Positions 41,652 to 54,025 of a stretch of 64,000 nt of DNA are shown here, piece by piece (the first letter of the stretch is position 1; each line of letters starts with the position of its first letter). The position numbers and the translations under genes were made by a program. This DNA comes from Bilabrum cf. latius. Its lineage: Eukaryota. Below the pieces are notes generated by a model. The model saw only the letters and a list, made by a program, of their open reading frames with translations, had not been told where the DNA came from and did not search any database. The stretch covers positions 62,001 to 126,000 of the forward strand of contig OZ237763.1 of NCBI GenBank assembly GCA_965178125.1, written 5' to 3'.

Positions 41652-43978
41652 CGGCCGCGGCACCGCGCATCGCTGCGGCAGCAGTGGCAGATCTAGTAGC
41701 CGAGGAGCCTGCCGCTGCAAGTGCCCCAGTGGTGGGCTAGGCTATCAGTGCTTCCGATGCCAACGAGCCCAGTGCACCCTCACCTACCTTCAAGTGCGGA
41801 AGCATGGCTCCTTTTGCCTGCAGCTTGGTCAGTGACTCAGGTGCTCCCGGGAGGTCAGAGCCGTAGAACTCACACATGAACTGCGTCAGGGTAGAGCTCT
41901 AAGGTTGACCCCGGTCTCGTGCGAGGAAAGCGAAGTACAGGCTATTTGAGTGCCGGTCGGCCGTTCCGAACCGGATGAAATCACCAGGCGCAGTGGCATC
42001 TTTGATCGAGTCAAGGTCCATCCGCACGCCCTCCAGATCGATGCCAGACCCCGCCAGCCCGCGATCCACAGCCCTTTGCAAAGAGAGAAGCAGCTGTGGG
42101 GCCGAGATCCGAGGAGGGGATTCCTCTGGCTCCGAGTCGGCACCCGGCTCTGCGGTGGCAGCTCCAAGCTGCTGCGCGCCGTACGAGCTGCCTGGATTGC
42201 TCCTGTCGGCTGTCTTTCGCTGGATGCTGCTTCCCATCCACTTGTCCTTTTCCCCTCCAGGGGACAGGATGCCCCACTTGCCTGGCATCGCCCCCAAACC
42301 TGCCGTGGAGCTAGTCGAAGCATCTACAAACGGACCATGCATCCTGATGATAGCCTAATCGGCGGACATGCATCCATTCCGCGTCGTCTGCGCCGCTTCT
42401 TCACCCCTCAGTAAATCGCGGCACTCTGCCCTAGGCACCTATAAGCCGGCCCCTCTGGTATAATTCATGCATGGAGCAGCTGATGGCCTGGCGACATCTG
42501 CATGTTGTATACCAGAGGGGGCGGCTGGATGGTTGTTACCAGCCCCTTCCCCAACTCCTTCCCCTGATGGTTGCGCTCGCAGCCCAAGCATCTCGCACAT
42601 GGCAGCAACAGGCGGATCTACTCCCCGCCTGCCTCGTGCAGCCGCCTCCGCCACAAGCAGCCGGTGCTGGTTGATCGTGGCTCTTGGCAGGCACACCTTG
42701 TCGAAGCTGCCCCGGAGCCTTGCCCCCTGCATCAGCAGCAGCAGCACTTTGTCAAGAGCACCCTCAGGATCCACCTCATAGCTCTCTGCCGCTGCCAGGA
42801 TCGGGCGGCCATAGAAAAAGGTCATTGGGTCATAGGCTTGGTCCGCCCGCGCACCTGCCGCCAGCAGCCCAGCCACCGCCTCCAGACCCCTCACCCTGCA
42901 TGCCTCGGACAGGGCAGACTGCGCGGCAGAACGCATGTATGCCGAGTCCCGGCACGTCATCAGCGCGACATACAGTGTGTCCGTGGTGCCGATCTTGCCG
43001 AGATTCCTGAGGAGCCTGTCCACCCGTGGATTGATTCGAGCGAAGTTCACCACCACGGCCAGCTGCTTCGGGTCACCACCTCCACACTTTACGAGCCTGC
43101 TTGCCACGTCCTCGATGGGCTCCTTCTCTGTACCATCCTGCCTGCTGGCACCACTCCCAGCTCCCATAAGGACAGGCAGCCCCCTGGTCCTTGCAGCGCG
43201 AGCAGCCGCCCAGCGCCGCTGCCAATCCGGGGGGCAATCAGCGTCCGTGTCCCAGTTGCTGGGCAGACTAGTGGCGAGCTGCAGCACCGTGCCAGAGCAA
43301 AGAGGGGTGTAGTCCGCGATACGCCTAGCCGTTATCAACCTCCTAAGACTGCCATCGTAGTGGTCATCTTTCCAATGCATGGCCAGCGCACGGCCCACGC
43401 AATGTATTGCGTGGTGGCTGTGCAGCATCGTGCCAGCTGTCAAGGAGGGTTGCACGGCCCGTGACGCCCCCGTGTCATCGTCACACCTTTCTGATGGACA
43501 TGCGTCGCTATGGTGAGGCAGCGCGGTCAAATCTGCGACAGACAGATCCCCGCAATCGGCCTTGGTCATCTCTCCAGGGGTCAGGCGACGCTCCCCGGAC
43601 CCTAGGGACCCGCCTTGCGATCCGCCACCATGCCGTGTGGCAGCCAGGGACAGGTGCGCCAGCAGTGCTCCAGCGCCTCGCTCCACAGCCCCCGCCACAC
43701 GTCGAGTGCCCAGCTGCATCCATCCAGGAACAGCGAGGCCCTCCAGCTCTCTATCAAGGTCTTGTAGGCTTGCAATGCATGATGCCAGTCGCGCTGCGGA
43801 TGCACCCACTGCAGCCAGACCGAACAACCCACCGGTGTTGCCTTTGCTTCCCACAGCAGAGCTGGGCGTGTTTCGCGGCTGCCCTTTGCATTCAGCGGCT
43901 AGACCATGCACTGCCGTTGCAATTGCGTCTACGATGCGACGCATAATGTCTGCCTCTCCTGACCCATCGCCTCCTGCC

Positions 43979-44024
43979 CCGGACGATGCCCTGGACGATG
44001 CCCTGGACGATGCCCTGGACGATG
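43979..44024. repeat. 12-bp repeat (GGACGATGCCCT) about x4
   Basis: Directly visible; codes (SSRA)n on the minus strand. Confidence 0.85.
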
Positions 44025-44413
44025 CGGCGGTGCCCGGTGTAGCCTACTGCTCGATTTCTCCAGCACGATAAAGCTCCTTCCGCAGCGACGCTGCGCCGGC
44101 ATCTACAGCCAGCAACAAGCCCTAGGGCGATACGTCCGAGTATTTGCTTGCTGGGCTGCCTGCGTGCGCTGTTGCAGGGGGTGCACCACTCCTAGCATGC
44201 CGCGCATTTCTACGCGCCGCAGCCTCTGCAGCGCGGTACTACTTCCTCAAAGCAGAGAGCGTGAGCACTCCACCCATGGATTGGTCCGATTGCAAAGCCG
44301 TGGTGAGGCCGGGCATCATAATGGTAGCATCGGCCACGGGCTAGGGACGAGATTGGCCGCTGTGCAGCTGGCAGTAGTCGGTGGAGCTGTTCTTCGCACG
44401 GTGCTGCTGCCGC

Positions 44414-44415
<2 letters not shown>

Positions 44416-44448
<33 letters not shown>
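44416..44448. repeat. (CTG)n tract, poly-Gln (CAG) on the minus strand
   Basis: Directly visible. Confidence 0.85.
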
Positions 44449-47297
44449 AGATCTTCTTTTGCCACTGCCTGTGCCCTTTTTCCTGTACTTGCCACCGCGC
44501 GCCATGCTCACCTTGGAGGCAAGACTACGCTCCCTATTTCGCTCCTATTTGAGAAGCTGTCTGGAGTACCGCATTAGAAGGGCTGCAGATTCTTCCAACT
44601 TCTGTATCTACAAAGACTTTGCCTCCCCTGGGTCGTCGTTCGTTCCCTCCTGCTCCTGGGCATCATTATCAATACTGTCGATCGCATCGATGTCGACGGG
44701 CCGGCGGTACACGACCTCCACCTGGAGCTGTAGCAGTGAACCCTTGACCAGCTGATCACTGATCTTCTGCACGCTACTGGCCAAGTCAGTCACGTACCCC
44801 TGGACATTTACAGTCTTTGCCCTCCCCATGTCTCTATGTGGTGTCAATTTCAACCGATACATGGCCTTGCCTCCCCCCTCAAACTCGACGTCCTCGATGG
44901 GGACCACTGGGTCTCCTCGTACTGGCCCTCGGGCTGGTGACCCTGACGCCGATGCACCTGCAGCTGTGGCGTGGGCGGCCGACTCATGAACCATCTCCAT
45001 GTCCACGCTCATCGCCCTGTCACCAACGATGGCTCCGAGTGATGCGTCCACCCTGGCGGCCAGCTGCTGCACATGGGCTCGGTTGGCCAGCACCGTTGGA
45101 TTGTCCAGCTGATCGGGCAAGACTGCTCTCTGCACAGCCGCGTCCCGCTGCTTCAACGCACAGCGGTGATACTCTCCTTCGCTTAGTGTTTCCCCACCGC
45201 TGCCGCCACGATCTCTACCACTCACCCCCCGCACCCATTTCTCGACATCCGCGTCCTCCCTTTCTGCAGCAGCAAGTATGGCAAGAGAGGCGAACAGCCG
45301 AGTGTCCTCCTTGTGCAATGCTGTTGACCCGACGGCCCGTGCCACGTAGTGCAGGGGCGTGGCCCCCTTGGAATTGCCTCCATCGGCTGGGAGCCTCGCC
45401 TTGCTGCCTCACCATGTCATCCTGAACGTCCTCGCCCAGCAGGCCAGCCCCCATCTCCCGTGCGGCTGCATCTGCGAGCAGCATGAATCGAGTGAACCTC
45501 GCGCGGATTGACCGGCTGCCCCCTGCCAGACTGGTGGCATCAGCAGTCGCGATGGATTTGTCAGCACCAGCGCCCATGGATGCGATGCTGGTCGCACTTC
45601 GCTCCTCTATGTCCATCGGCTGGGAGACAGACCTTGGTAGGCCATCCGCCTCAGCTGCACCCCCATCCAGCGAATCTAACAGTTCTTGTGTGATCAATGT
45701 AGGCACCTTTGCCGTACCCTCGCCCCTGGTTTTGTCAGCGCCAGCGCCAGCCCTCATAGCATCAGTGCGTCTCTTCCAGTCTCTAGCTTTCCTAGCCGGC
45801 TCCTTGCGAGTCGTGTCGAAGGGATCTGATTTCCCTGGAGCCTTGGTGCCGCCCTTGCTGCTGCTGCCGTTGCTAAACCCCCCTTCGCCATCAATACCAT
45901 CATCAACATCACCAGCATCGTATTCATGCTAGTGGTCCTCGATACCAGCCATGGGGCCGCCATCCACCCTAGGGCTCCAAAGCTGAAGCTCCTACAGCTC
46001 CACCCCCGTTGTTGGCTCATTCCTAAGCAAACTAGCGCCCCGTGATACCAACGCGCGGGCAGTTTCAATGTGTCTCTGCCACACCGCCAGCTGCAAAGGG
46101 GTGTAGTTCCCAGGCGGCTAAGAGGGGAGGCGGGCATCGGGATCGAAGTACAGCCCACTGTCTAGAAGCAAGGCACATGCCCCCGCTCGCCCGTGGAAAG
46201 CGCAGAAATGCAGCAGCGTGCCATATTGTGGCGGATATGGGATGTGTGCGCCCCATCGTAACTGCCAAGGCAGCCTTGCTCGCTGAATTGGGGGCAAATC
46301 GTAGACTGCGGCAGCCGGAGAAACAGCATGACCAGCGCCGAGAACGACGGCGAGCATCGCGCGCTTGTCGTCTGGCATGCTTTCAAGGACATCTGCGATT
46401 GACCTCATTGGCAGGTGTAGCGGAATTGTGTTGTTTCGCTCAACAGTGTGACCACCGTCACTGTCGGTTAGCAGCTCAAAGCTGTGAGCTCGATCTTTGG
46501 CAACCATGCAAGCAATGCGTACATACAATCCACACAAATGCTCAAATGCTGAACCGCTCTATTTAGATTCAACACAAATGTTCTTCATGGCAACCAAAGC
46601 TGCAGACTTTGGATCCTTTCCTTCGGCCTACAATTCCGTGACTAGGAACGGCTGCCACTCAACCGGGATTGGGCCGACCTCATCCAACGCACTACCAACT
46701 AAAGCATGTAAACGGGCCTAATACGCATCAGATTGGTTCGACATTATGCAATGAGTGACAAATTTGGCTCTGAAATGTTGACAATCCGAGGATTCGGAAC
46801 TTCGGATCGGCAGGCGCCGCGCCGCGGCCCGGCCGTTCAGCGGAACCACTGGCACCCACCGCGGCACGACCTGGCGCTCAATGAGCAGCACAGCGCCAGT
46901 ATCCGTTGCGTAATCTGCGCTTAGTGTAATGCACGTTGACCGATAATCGGTGCTGTACGAGTGCCATGCTGGCTCAAGCCACACGGTTGTACGAACAAGG
47001 AAGGACAGACCCAGCAGGTGTTCCTCTCACGAGACTTGACGGAAATTACGGTCGCCCAGCCCTGCTGCATGCGGGCAGTCGTTGGGTGTGGTACTGCAGC
47101 GTGGGGTTGTCTACAGGCAGCTGCTGGTTCGATTCCGGTTTACCCCCAAGCGCACATCGACGTGCCCATGTTGATCTGGGGTCAGGAATCCGAATCCCCC
47201 AGGGATACGCCTGGGGTATTGTATCTAGCATGCTTGGTGGATATGCTGTGTCAAATGCTTGGTTAGCACCTCAAGAGATAGCAGTACGATTTTATCA

Positions 47298-50200
47298 TCA
47301 AGCAGTTGATGCCGTTCGTGCAGTGCAGACGTACCGACAACTCGAGCACAGCGACACCACCACACACACAAGCGCCATTGGGAATGCCACCGCCAGCACC
47401 TGCACACGCTGCGCACCAACAAGTGACGCATCCAGCCCAAACACCGCGACGTCCTCGGCCTCCTGCAGGGCCGATCTCACCAGCAGCCCGGACCCGCGAC
47501 CTGCAATCAGACGAGCCGCCGCCAGCGAGCATTGCTCCCACCCACACACGCCCAGCACGCACGCAATCGCCCACCCGCACACGCACATCACGCCAACATC
47601 CTCCAGCAGCCGCAGCCACCACCCATGCATGCGCACCACACCCAGCCGCGCGTGCATTCGGGCCACCGCTGCTGACTAGGCCCCCATCACAGAGCTGGTC
47701 GGCGATCCGCTGGAGCCTGACGACTAGGACGCCTGCCCGTCCGCTCCCATCAGCAGCGGCTTGCCCAGTGCAGTGGTTGCTTGCACCGTATCATCTCTCA
47801 TCGCGAGCCAGGCAGCCGCGCCCTGCGCCTCCCAGGCCAGGGTTGAGAGCCCACGCAGCACGGCACACAGGGTGGGTCTGCGCGCCAGCAGCCGCAGCAA
47901 GTCGCGGTTGGTTGCGACAGTTGCGCTGCCGCTAGCGGACGACGTTCTGGTTGACCTGATGGAAGTGGAGCCCGGCTGTGCCATAAACGAGCCTACAGGT
48001 GGAATCGTGCCATGGCTGGTTTCACCTGCGCCCTCGATGGCTGGAGCCGCAGGCATGAAGGTCCCCGACCCCGCCCTGCCCCGCGGTGCGACGGGCGGCC
48101 GAGAGCTCAAAGATTTTCGGGCTCCTGGTCTGCCCATCCACCTAAGGCTGGGCTGATCCTAGGGCTATTGGTCGTTGCCATGATTTGCACCGGTAGGTTG
48201 ACTTGGCCGCCTGATTCCAGTGCGCTGCGGAAGCCGCGACTGCAGTTGCGCACCCGACGGCTCACCGTGCGCACCCTGCTCGGAGTGTATGAAGACGGGC
48301 TTCGCTGAGTTCCTCGGGGGTGTTTTGCTGCCTCCTACCATGGAATCGCCCGTGTGTGGACCACGCGAGTCCATGCTGGAACCATCGCCCGAGGCTGTAC
48401 CCCTTCGAACTGTTCCCCGCTGTGTCCATGACTAGCCTCGAATGGGAGACGACGTCCTCACAGCCGGGCTGCCTTGGCTGGTGTGCCTCGACTCGTGCGA
48501 GCCAGCGCCCGCTGGTGGACCCAGGGGCGGACCCAGCTCCATTGAGTGAGGTGTATGCTGTGCGAAGGGGTCCTCAGCGCGTTGGACTGCCAGTGGTGGC
48601 CCACGGCCTTGCACGTCAAAGCCAGGGGTCTCGTAGGCAGCACCGTGTCGAGCATGCAGGGCAGTAGACCCCTCACCGATGTCCGTCGGACTGACGTCAC
48701 CGCTCGACTCGGAGTCATCCATACTGGCCGCAATGTCCTCGATTCCGTCGAAGTGGTCGAGGCCCAGGCCCGCGCTGGGAGACAGGCGGACGTCCTGGCT
48801 GTCAGCAAGCGCGGGTGTGCGGGCCTCTAGCCGCACAGGAACAACACGCGCGCTCTTGGTTGCTGCACCGTCGTCGTTCCGCCCCCGAGTACCACTTTGG
48901 CTGCTTGCGGAATCGGCGTCGCGTGTAGGAGATGCGGCTGCGTCCAAGACCATTCGAGCGACCTCATCCACGGGAGCTGCCGAGCCGGTGTGCTGCGCTT
49001 GCAACTCTTTAGCACCATGGCCTTCATCGCCGGGTTGAAGGCAGGTGTGTAGATCAGTTGCGCTGCTCGCCGCCGCATGGTCATTGATCGTGCCTCCTAT
49101 ATCACCCGTCGATCGCAACCTCGAGCGCGTGGTGCTACCCATCTCTTTGCCTCTGATTTGACCTCCACCATCCCGGTCCCCGGTAGACCCATCAGGGAAC
49201 AGATTTTCCACCCTGGCAGCGGGGTCTCTTAGATGCAGCTCCCACGCATCGCTGTCACCAAAGAGGTTCGGTGCATCAATGTGGTCCTGCGTCTCGCTTC
49301 CCAGGATGTTCTGCCCGTACGATACCACTTCCAGTCCCAGTGATCGATCGCTCTTTACCCCGCTTGCATCGTGCGGTGAAACAGAGGAGGAAGAGCTCTC
49401 GAGCATGTCGCCAGTGGCCCCCCGCTCTCTGCTCTGGACCCGCAGAAGATCGTCAGTTCCTACCCCGGCGTTGCTCGTTGTGTTCAGTAGGTCGTCAGTG
49501 CCGAGCATTGCATCGCTCTAGGAGGTGCCGGTCGCTGATTCTCGGCGCTGCCGCTGGCTCTACATCGGCAGTGATTGCTTCGAATGGCTATATATATGAG
49601 ACCTGCTGTTGTTAGGCACCGGACCGAGCTGTGATCTCGAATTGGTGGATCGCCCTCTTGAACCACTGTCGGCGTGCTACCTTGACCCAGGCCCTGATTC
49701 CGACCAAGGTCCTGACCCATTCGAGGAGGGCACACTGCGGCTCACAACGACAGATCCGGAAATACTGCTGGACCGGCTCCTCGGTGGGTCTACCCCCAGC
49801 TCCCCGCACCCAGTCAGCACCCGAACCACCTCGCAGAATCCACCTGGCACGGCATCCCCGTCAATCTGCTTGGGTGCAAGGATGTCGAACTGACCCGTGA
49901 GCACCATGACCATGCGCAGCAGCACGATCATGGATAGCCAGATACCCATGATAAGGGCGGGCAGCGAGCACTCGGCGCGCACTAGCTCCACCACCAGCAC
50001 CCACATCCACGCCAGACGAAGAAACTGCACAGTCACGCTCAATAGCAGCACCCACGCAGGTGACACGGCACCCCGACTGCTTCCGGTATCATTGCCCGTG
50101 CCGGTGTTGCGAGATTCAAACCCACTACCAGGAGCCAGCTGCATGGTGCCCATCACCTGCAGCACGCGGTCAAGCTCCGGGTCTGCTGCCTCCAGCCACA

Positions 50201-53200
50201 GCCCGTCGTTGGGATGCATGCTGGGCGTGGTGCTGCTACTTCCGCCACCAGACGCGCTCTCTTCGCCGTGCGAATTGCATAAGTCTTTGCAGCAGCTAGC
50301 CATCGTCGGCACGCACAGAGCTACCGCAAAGGCAAGCGTCAGGCACGCCAGCACCAGCTGCGTCACCACGCGCCCACGACCAGCCCACTCGACCCACCCA
50401 TCCACACACACATCGTCGTACCCGCCGCCCATCACATGCAGGCAAGGCAGCACCACGCGCACCGACACGGATCTCTCGTCCACCGCCAGCAGCCACGTAC
50501 CGCCCTCGCTCCCTGGCCGCTCCCCCCGCAGTGTCGCTGTCAGTCGCTGGGCCACAGCACCAGCCGACCTGCCCCGCTGCAGCGCCGCGTGTGTTTCTTC
50601 TTCCTACTCCTGACTGTCCACCAGCACAGGATGCAAGTCCACGCGCACTGACACGCGCATGGGCAGAGATGGAGGCGGCACGCACAGGCTGCTGTTCCAC
50701 ACCCCGTCTTTGGGGTACGGGTCAGCACCTCCCGCCGAGGCCATTGCCTGCACTCTTTCGATCCCGACCCTCCAAGCTCGGTCGTCTTCCGTGTCCCCGG
50801 CCAGGTCCCTCAGGTCATCCAGCAGATCCTGAACCATCCATTGCTGCTGTTTCGGGCCGGGGTTTGGGTAGTCCAGCCCTGGAGACCGGTCTATATCGTT
50901 CCAATCAGCATTGCCTTGAGCCGGCAGCCACACGTTCCGGTCGAACACCAGGTCAAACCGTAGCTGAGCCCGCCCCACCACCTCCCGCTCTGCCCACGCC
51001 GACCCATACCCCTGCACGACCGACCCCCATCCCGGCTTGTTCTCTGGCTGGCAGGACATGTCCGGCGACCTGTCCACCCACCCCGACGGTCCATCATCGT
51101 CGTCATCATCAATTCCAGTACCGGCCGCGTACTTGGGCCACGTGTCAGCGCTCTCCACCGGTGTCTCACTGGCCACCAGATGACTCACTGCAGGCACGCG
51201 GGCCAGCCTGCCTTGCTGCAGCAGCTCTGGAGACTGCTCCAGCCGAGGGTGTCCCAGCCACTCACCGTACCAAACGCGCACTACGCTCGCCACCTGCTGC
51301 CACACCGACCCACGCGCCCCGCCCACGCCCATCTCCAGCCTAGCGTCCACAGCCAGCCGGTTGGACTCCCTGCAAGTGGCCTGGCACACTGCCCTCCCCG
51401 CGAAGTGGCCCATGAGGCTGCTGCGGTGGCAGGCCCAGGCCCCTCCCCGGATGGATGGCAGGGAGCGGGAAGGGGGCCAGGGGTACAGCCGACTGGTGAC
51501 GGCCCCACGGTATAGAGCTGTCGGGCCCATGATGCTGGGCTCGAACGCCTGCAACCCTTTGTCACCAGGCACCTTGAGGGGGACGTCGATGATGGAGTTG
51601 GCTCCCCTGAAGTCCGTGTAGTTGTTCCTGACAGTGTCTGGCACGTCTTCAGGGATGGGATACCTGCCCCTGGCAGCCGGAAAAATAAATGGTTGGGCGC
51701 CGATCCGCGGATCCACAGATTTGTACCATATGCCTGGCTGCTCCCTGCCGCCGAGCTGCAGCCCCCTCGTGTTCTGCGAGGCGGGCATGTCCATGGGCAT
51801 CAGATCCACGTTGTGCTCCCGCAAGTCAGCATCGTAAGCGATCGAGCAGCCCAGTCTGGCCCGAGGAAACACACCCTTGACCGCGTCCGTGCTTGCATAC
51901 TGGTCCAGCAGCTGTCTAAGGCTGGGTCGTGTACCCCACGTGGCTCCACCCACATCAGGGGTGCAGTTGCGATGGTTCACGCACCAGGGGTCGTCCAGCA
52001 GCACCAGCGCACTTGGGCCAATGGTTCGCGCGCCGTCACGGCTGTATGTAAATGTAGAGCAGTCCATGGAACGCCCCGCTCTGCTCCCAGAGGTCGTGCT
52101 GTTGCCCTCACCCAGCACGTCAGTCGGCAGGTCGATGTCAAGAGCGATCACGTGCACCCGATTCACCCTCCAGCTGTAGTCAGGGTAGTCCCCCGCCACA
52201 GTCATGTTCTCAGTGGCAGGCAGCACGGCCACTGTGCCGGGCGGATACACGGTCAGCAGCGACTGGTGCCAGCGCGGGGTCGGTCTCGTGGCATCGATCG
52301 TGGGCCGCACCTGGAGGTTGATCGTTCCTTTGCTGCACACCACTGCTTCAGACCCAGCGTAATTCCCGCCGGAAACGCCCGAATCAGGGAAAAACGAATC
52401 GAGGTTCTGTCCAGCGTATGGCGGGCAGCTTTTGTTGTTGCGTCCGGCGATGTTGCTGCCACACTGAGCATCCCGGGCAGCTGCCTCCCCACCGCCCGCA
52501 CTGATGCTGGCTCTAAGCACTTTCGCCGGTGGTGGTAGCCACCGCTGCTTCGTGGGCCACACGGTGAGCTGCCTACATACGTCGTTGCCCTCTATGGTGG
52601 TGTTCCAGGTCGTGTTGGCGGTGCTGTAGATGGACCGCGGGCATTGCGCCACGCTGACCAGAGCACACACGTCGACCGAAACAAGCCCAAGCCCTGCAAA
52701 ATTCACGCTGAATTCGGTTGTTGGAAGGTCTCGCGTCGCCGCATAGCCCAGTCGGTATCCCGTGCTGGCCACCGTCGGCGTGGTGGCGTACATCTGGGGG
52801 CTCTGGGCGATGAGGTTCGTCTTGAAAAACGGGTTTACGATGGAGAACCACTGCTCCACGCTCCAGGGCTCTGCCGATCGCAGGGGAAGGTTCAAGCCAT
52901 GCATGTACTCGCTGCTGCCTAGGTGTGCGGGCTGCTGCTGGGCCGTGATGAGACTGGGTGTGCCTCCAGCCAAGGCAGGCGAAGCCAGCCTCGGCAGTCT
53001 GGGCTCGGCGATGGGACCGGCCGCTTGCGACTGCTCTCGAGACAGCTTCAGCGTGCTCGGCTGCCCAGGGCCAGTCGGCCAGCAATACCTGAATCCTTTC
53101 GTTCTCCACTCGTCCGATTGAAATAAGCCCTTGTCCCAAGGGCGACGGAAAAGTGTAGCTGCTCGGCCTCGCCCACTCGATTGCAGGTAGGGCGCATCGC

Positions 53201-53555
53201 CCTTGAGAACGCGAGCTTTCTTGCAACAGTCCACACATACACCTAAAGTGAGGGGGTCGTCGACCCTGTACCATGTGTCTGCGAAAGCAATTTGTCGCCG
53301 ACCTTGGAAATGCACAAGAGAGTATCGGCTCGGCGGACTCTCCACGACATCTCATCGGCCACTAGAGCTCTCACCATTGTACATGAAACTAAGAGAGTCT
53401 TCATGTCCAGCGTGATATGTATTTGAGCCCATCGGAAGCGCAACCGAGGGTAGCCTTGTTTGCATCTGGTTCGTAATCGAACAGTCAGATGCTCCAGCAC
53501 CGCACCAAACGAACAGGCATGCTGAAACAACAGCCACGCGGCCAAGCCAGAGCAT
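47298..53555 (-). CDS. Giant (about 2060 aa) signal-peptide-bearing membrane protein of unknown function
   Basis: Signal-like MLWLGRVAVVSACLFVWCGAGA; intron 53303-53374. Six track ORFs are joined in one frame across TAG (50604, 49677, 49560, 49518, 48432, 48165, 48159, 47724, 47676). TM segments at about 49900-50370 and 47340-47590. Ends TGA TGA TAA. Confidence 0.7.
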
Positions 53556-54025
53556 AGGCAGAGGATTTTGGACCCCGATTCCGATTCATATACTAGAAAT
53601 AATGCGCTTCTTGCCAGCAAATCTTGATAAACCCGAATATCGTGCGGCCTCCGGCGCCGGCATCATGATGCACTGCATGATGGCGATCACCAATCACCAA
53701 TACAGAAATACATTGTTGGGACACCAATCACCACAACCATTGTTCGGTTATGCTTGACCTTAAATCAGATTTCAGATTTCAACCGAAGCGCACAAACAAA
53801 CCGAAGGGTGTGCAACGCGGACTGGGGTCATCTGGACAAAGGTAATAGCCATTATCTAAGGAGGGATACATTTACACGCGAAGAGATGGCCAGCACAGGC
53901 GGTTCAACAAGTTGGCTAGTGTTCCGCGGAGTAATTCAAGTACATTGCGCCCGGTGCCAGCTTGGAGGACAATGACCGATTCATTCGTTGGATAATTAGA
54001 TGACAACGCTAAGGAGGCAAATCTT

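Larger units (their letters stand above)
40792..46744 (-). pseudogene. Tandem copy B of the ankyrin-containing giant gene; frameshifted (split gene, pseudogene or assembly error)
   Basis: Paralogous to 35339-40690. Open from ATG 46744 across TAGs. A 362-nt deletion relative to copy A at about 45378 shifts the frame; the downstream frame stays open to TAA at 40792. Confidence 0.6.

Noticed and set aside
35339-46744. Duplicated unit as a transposon or endogenous virus/virophage
   Set aside because: No transposase, integrase, RT, capsid or polymerase motifs, no terminal repeats, and no strong GC drop.
47070-47150. B-box/T-arm-like GGTTCGATTCC (47126-47136) with a nearby CTA triplet, a tempting suppressor tRNA(CUA)
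   Set aside because: I could not fold a cloverleaf: the acceptor and anticodon stems mismatch and the spacing is wrong. No tRNA called; tRNAscan-SE would settle it.
46936-48156. Plus-strand ORF MLAQATRLY...
   Set aside because: Mostly antisense to the giant membrane gene, with no recognisable motifs.
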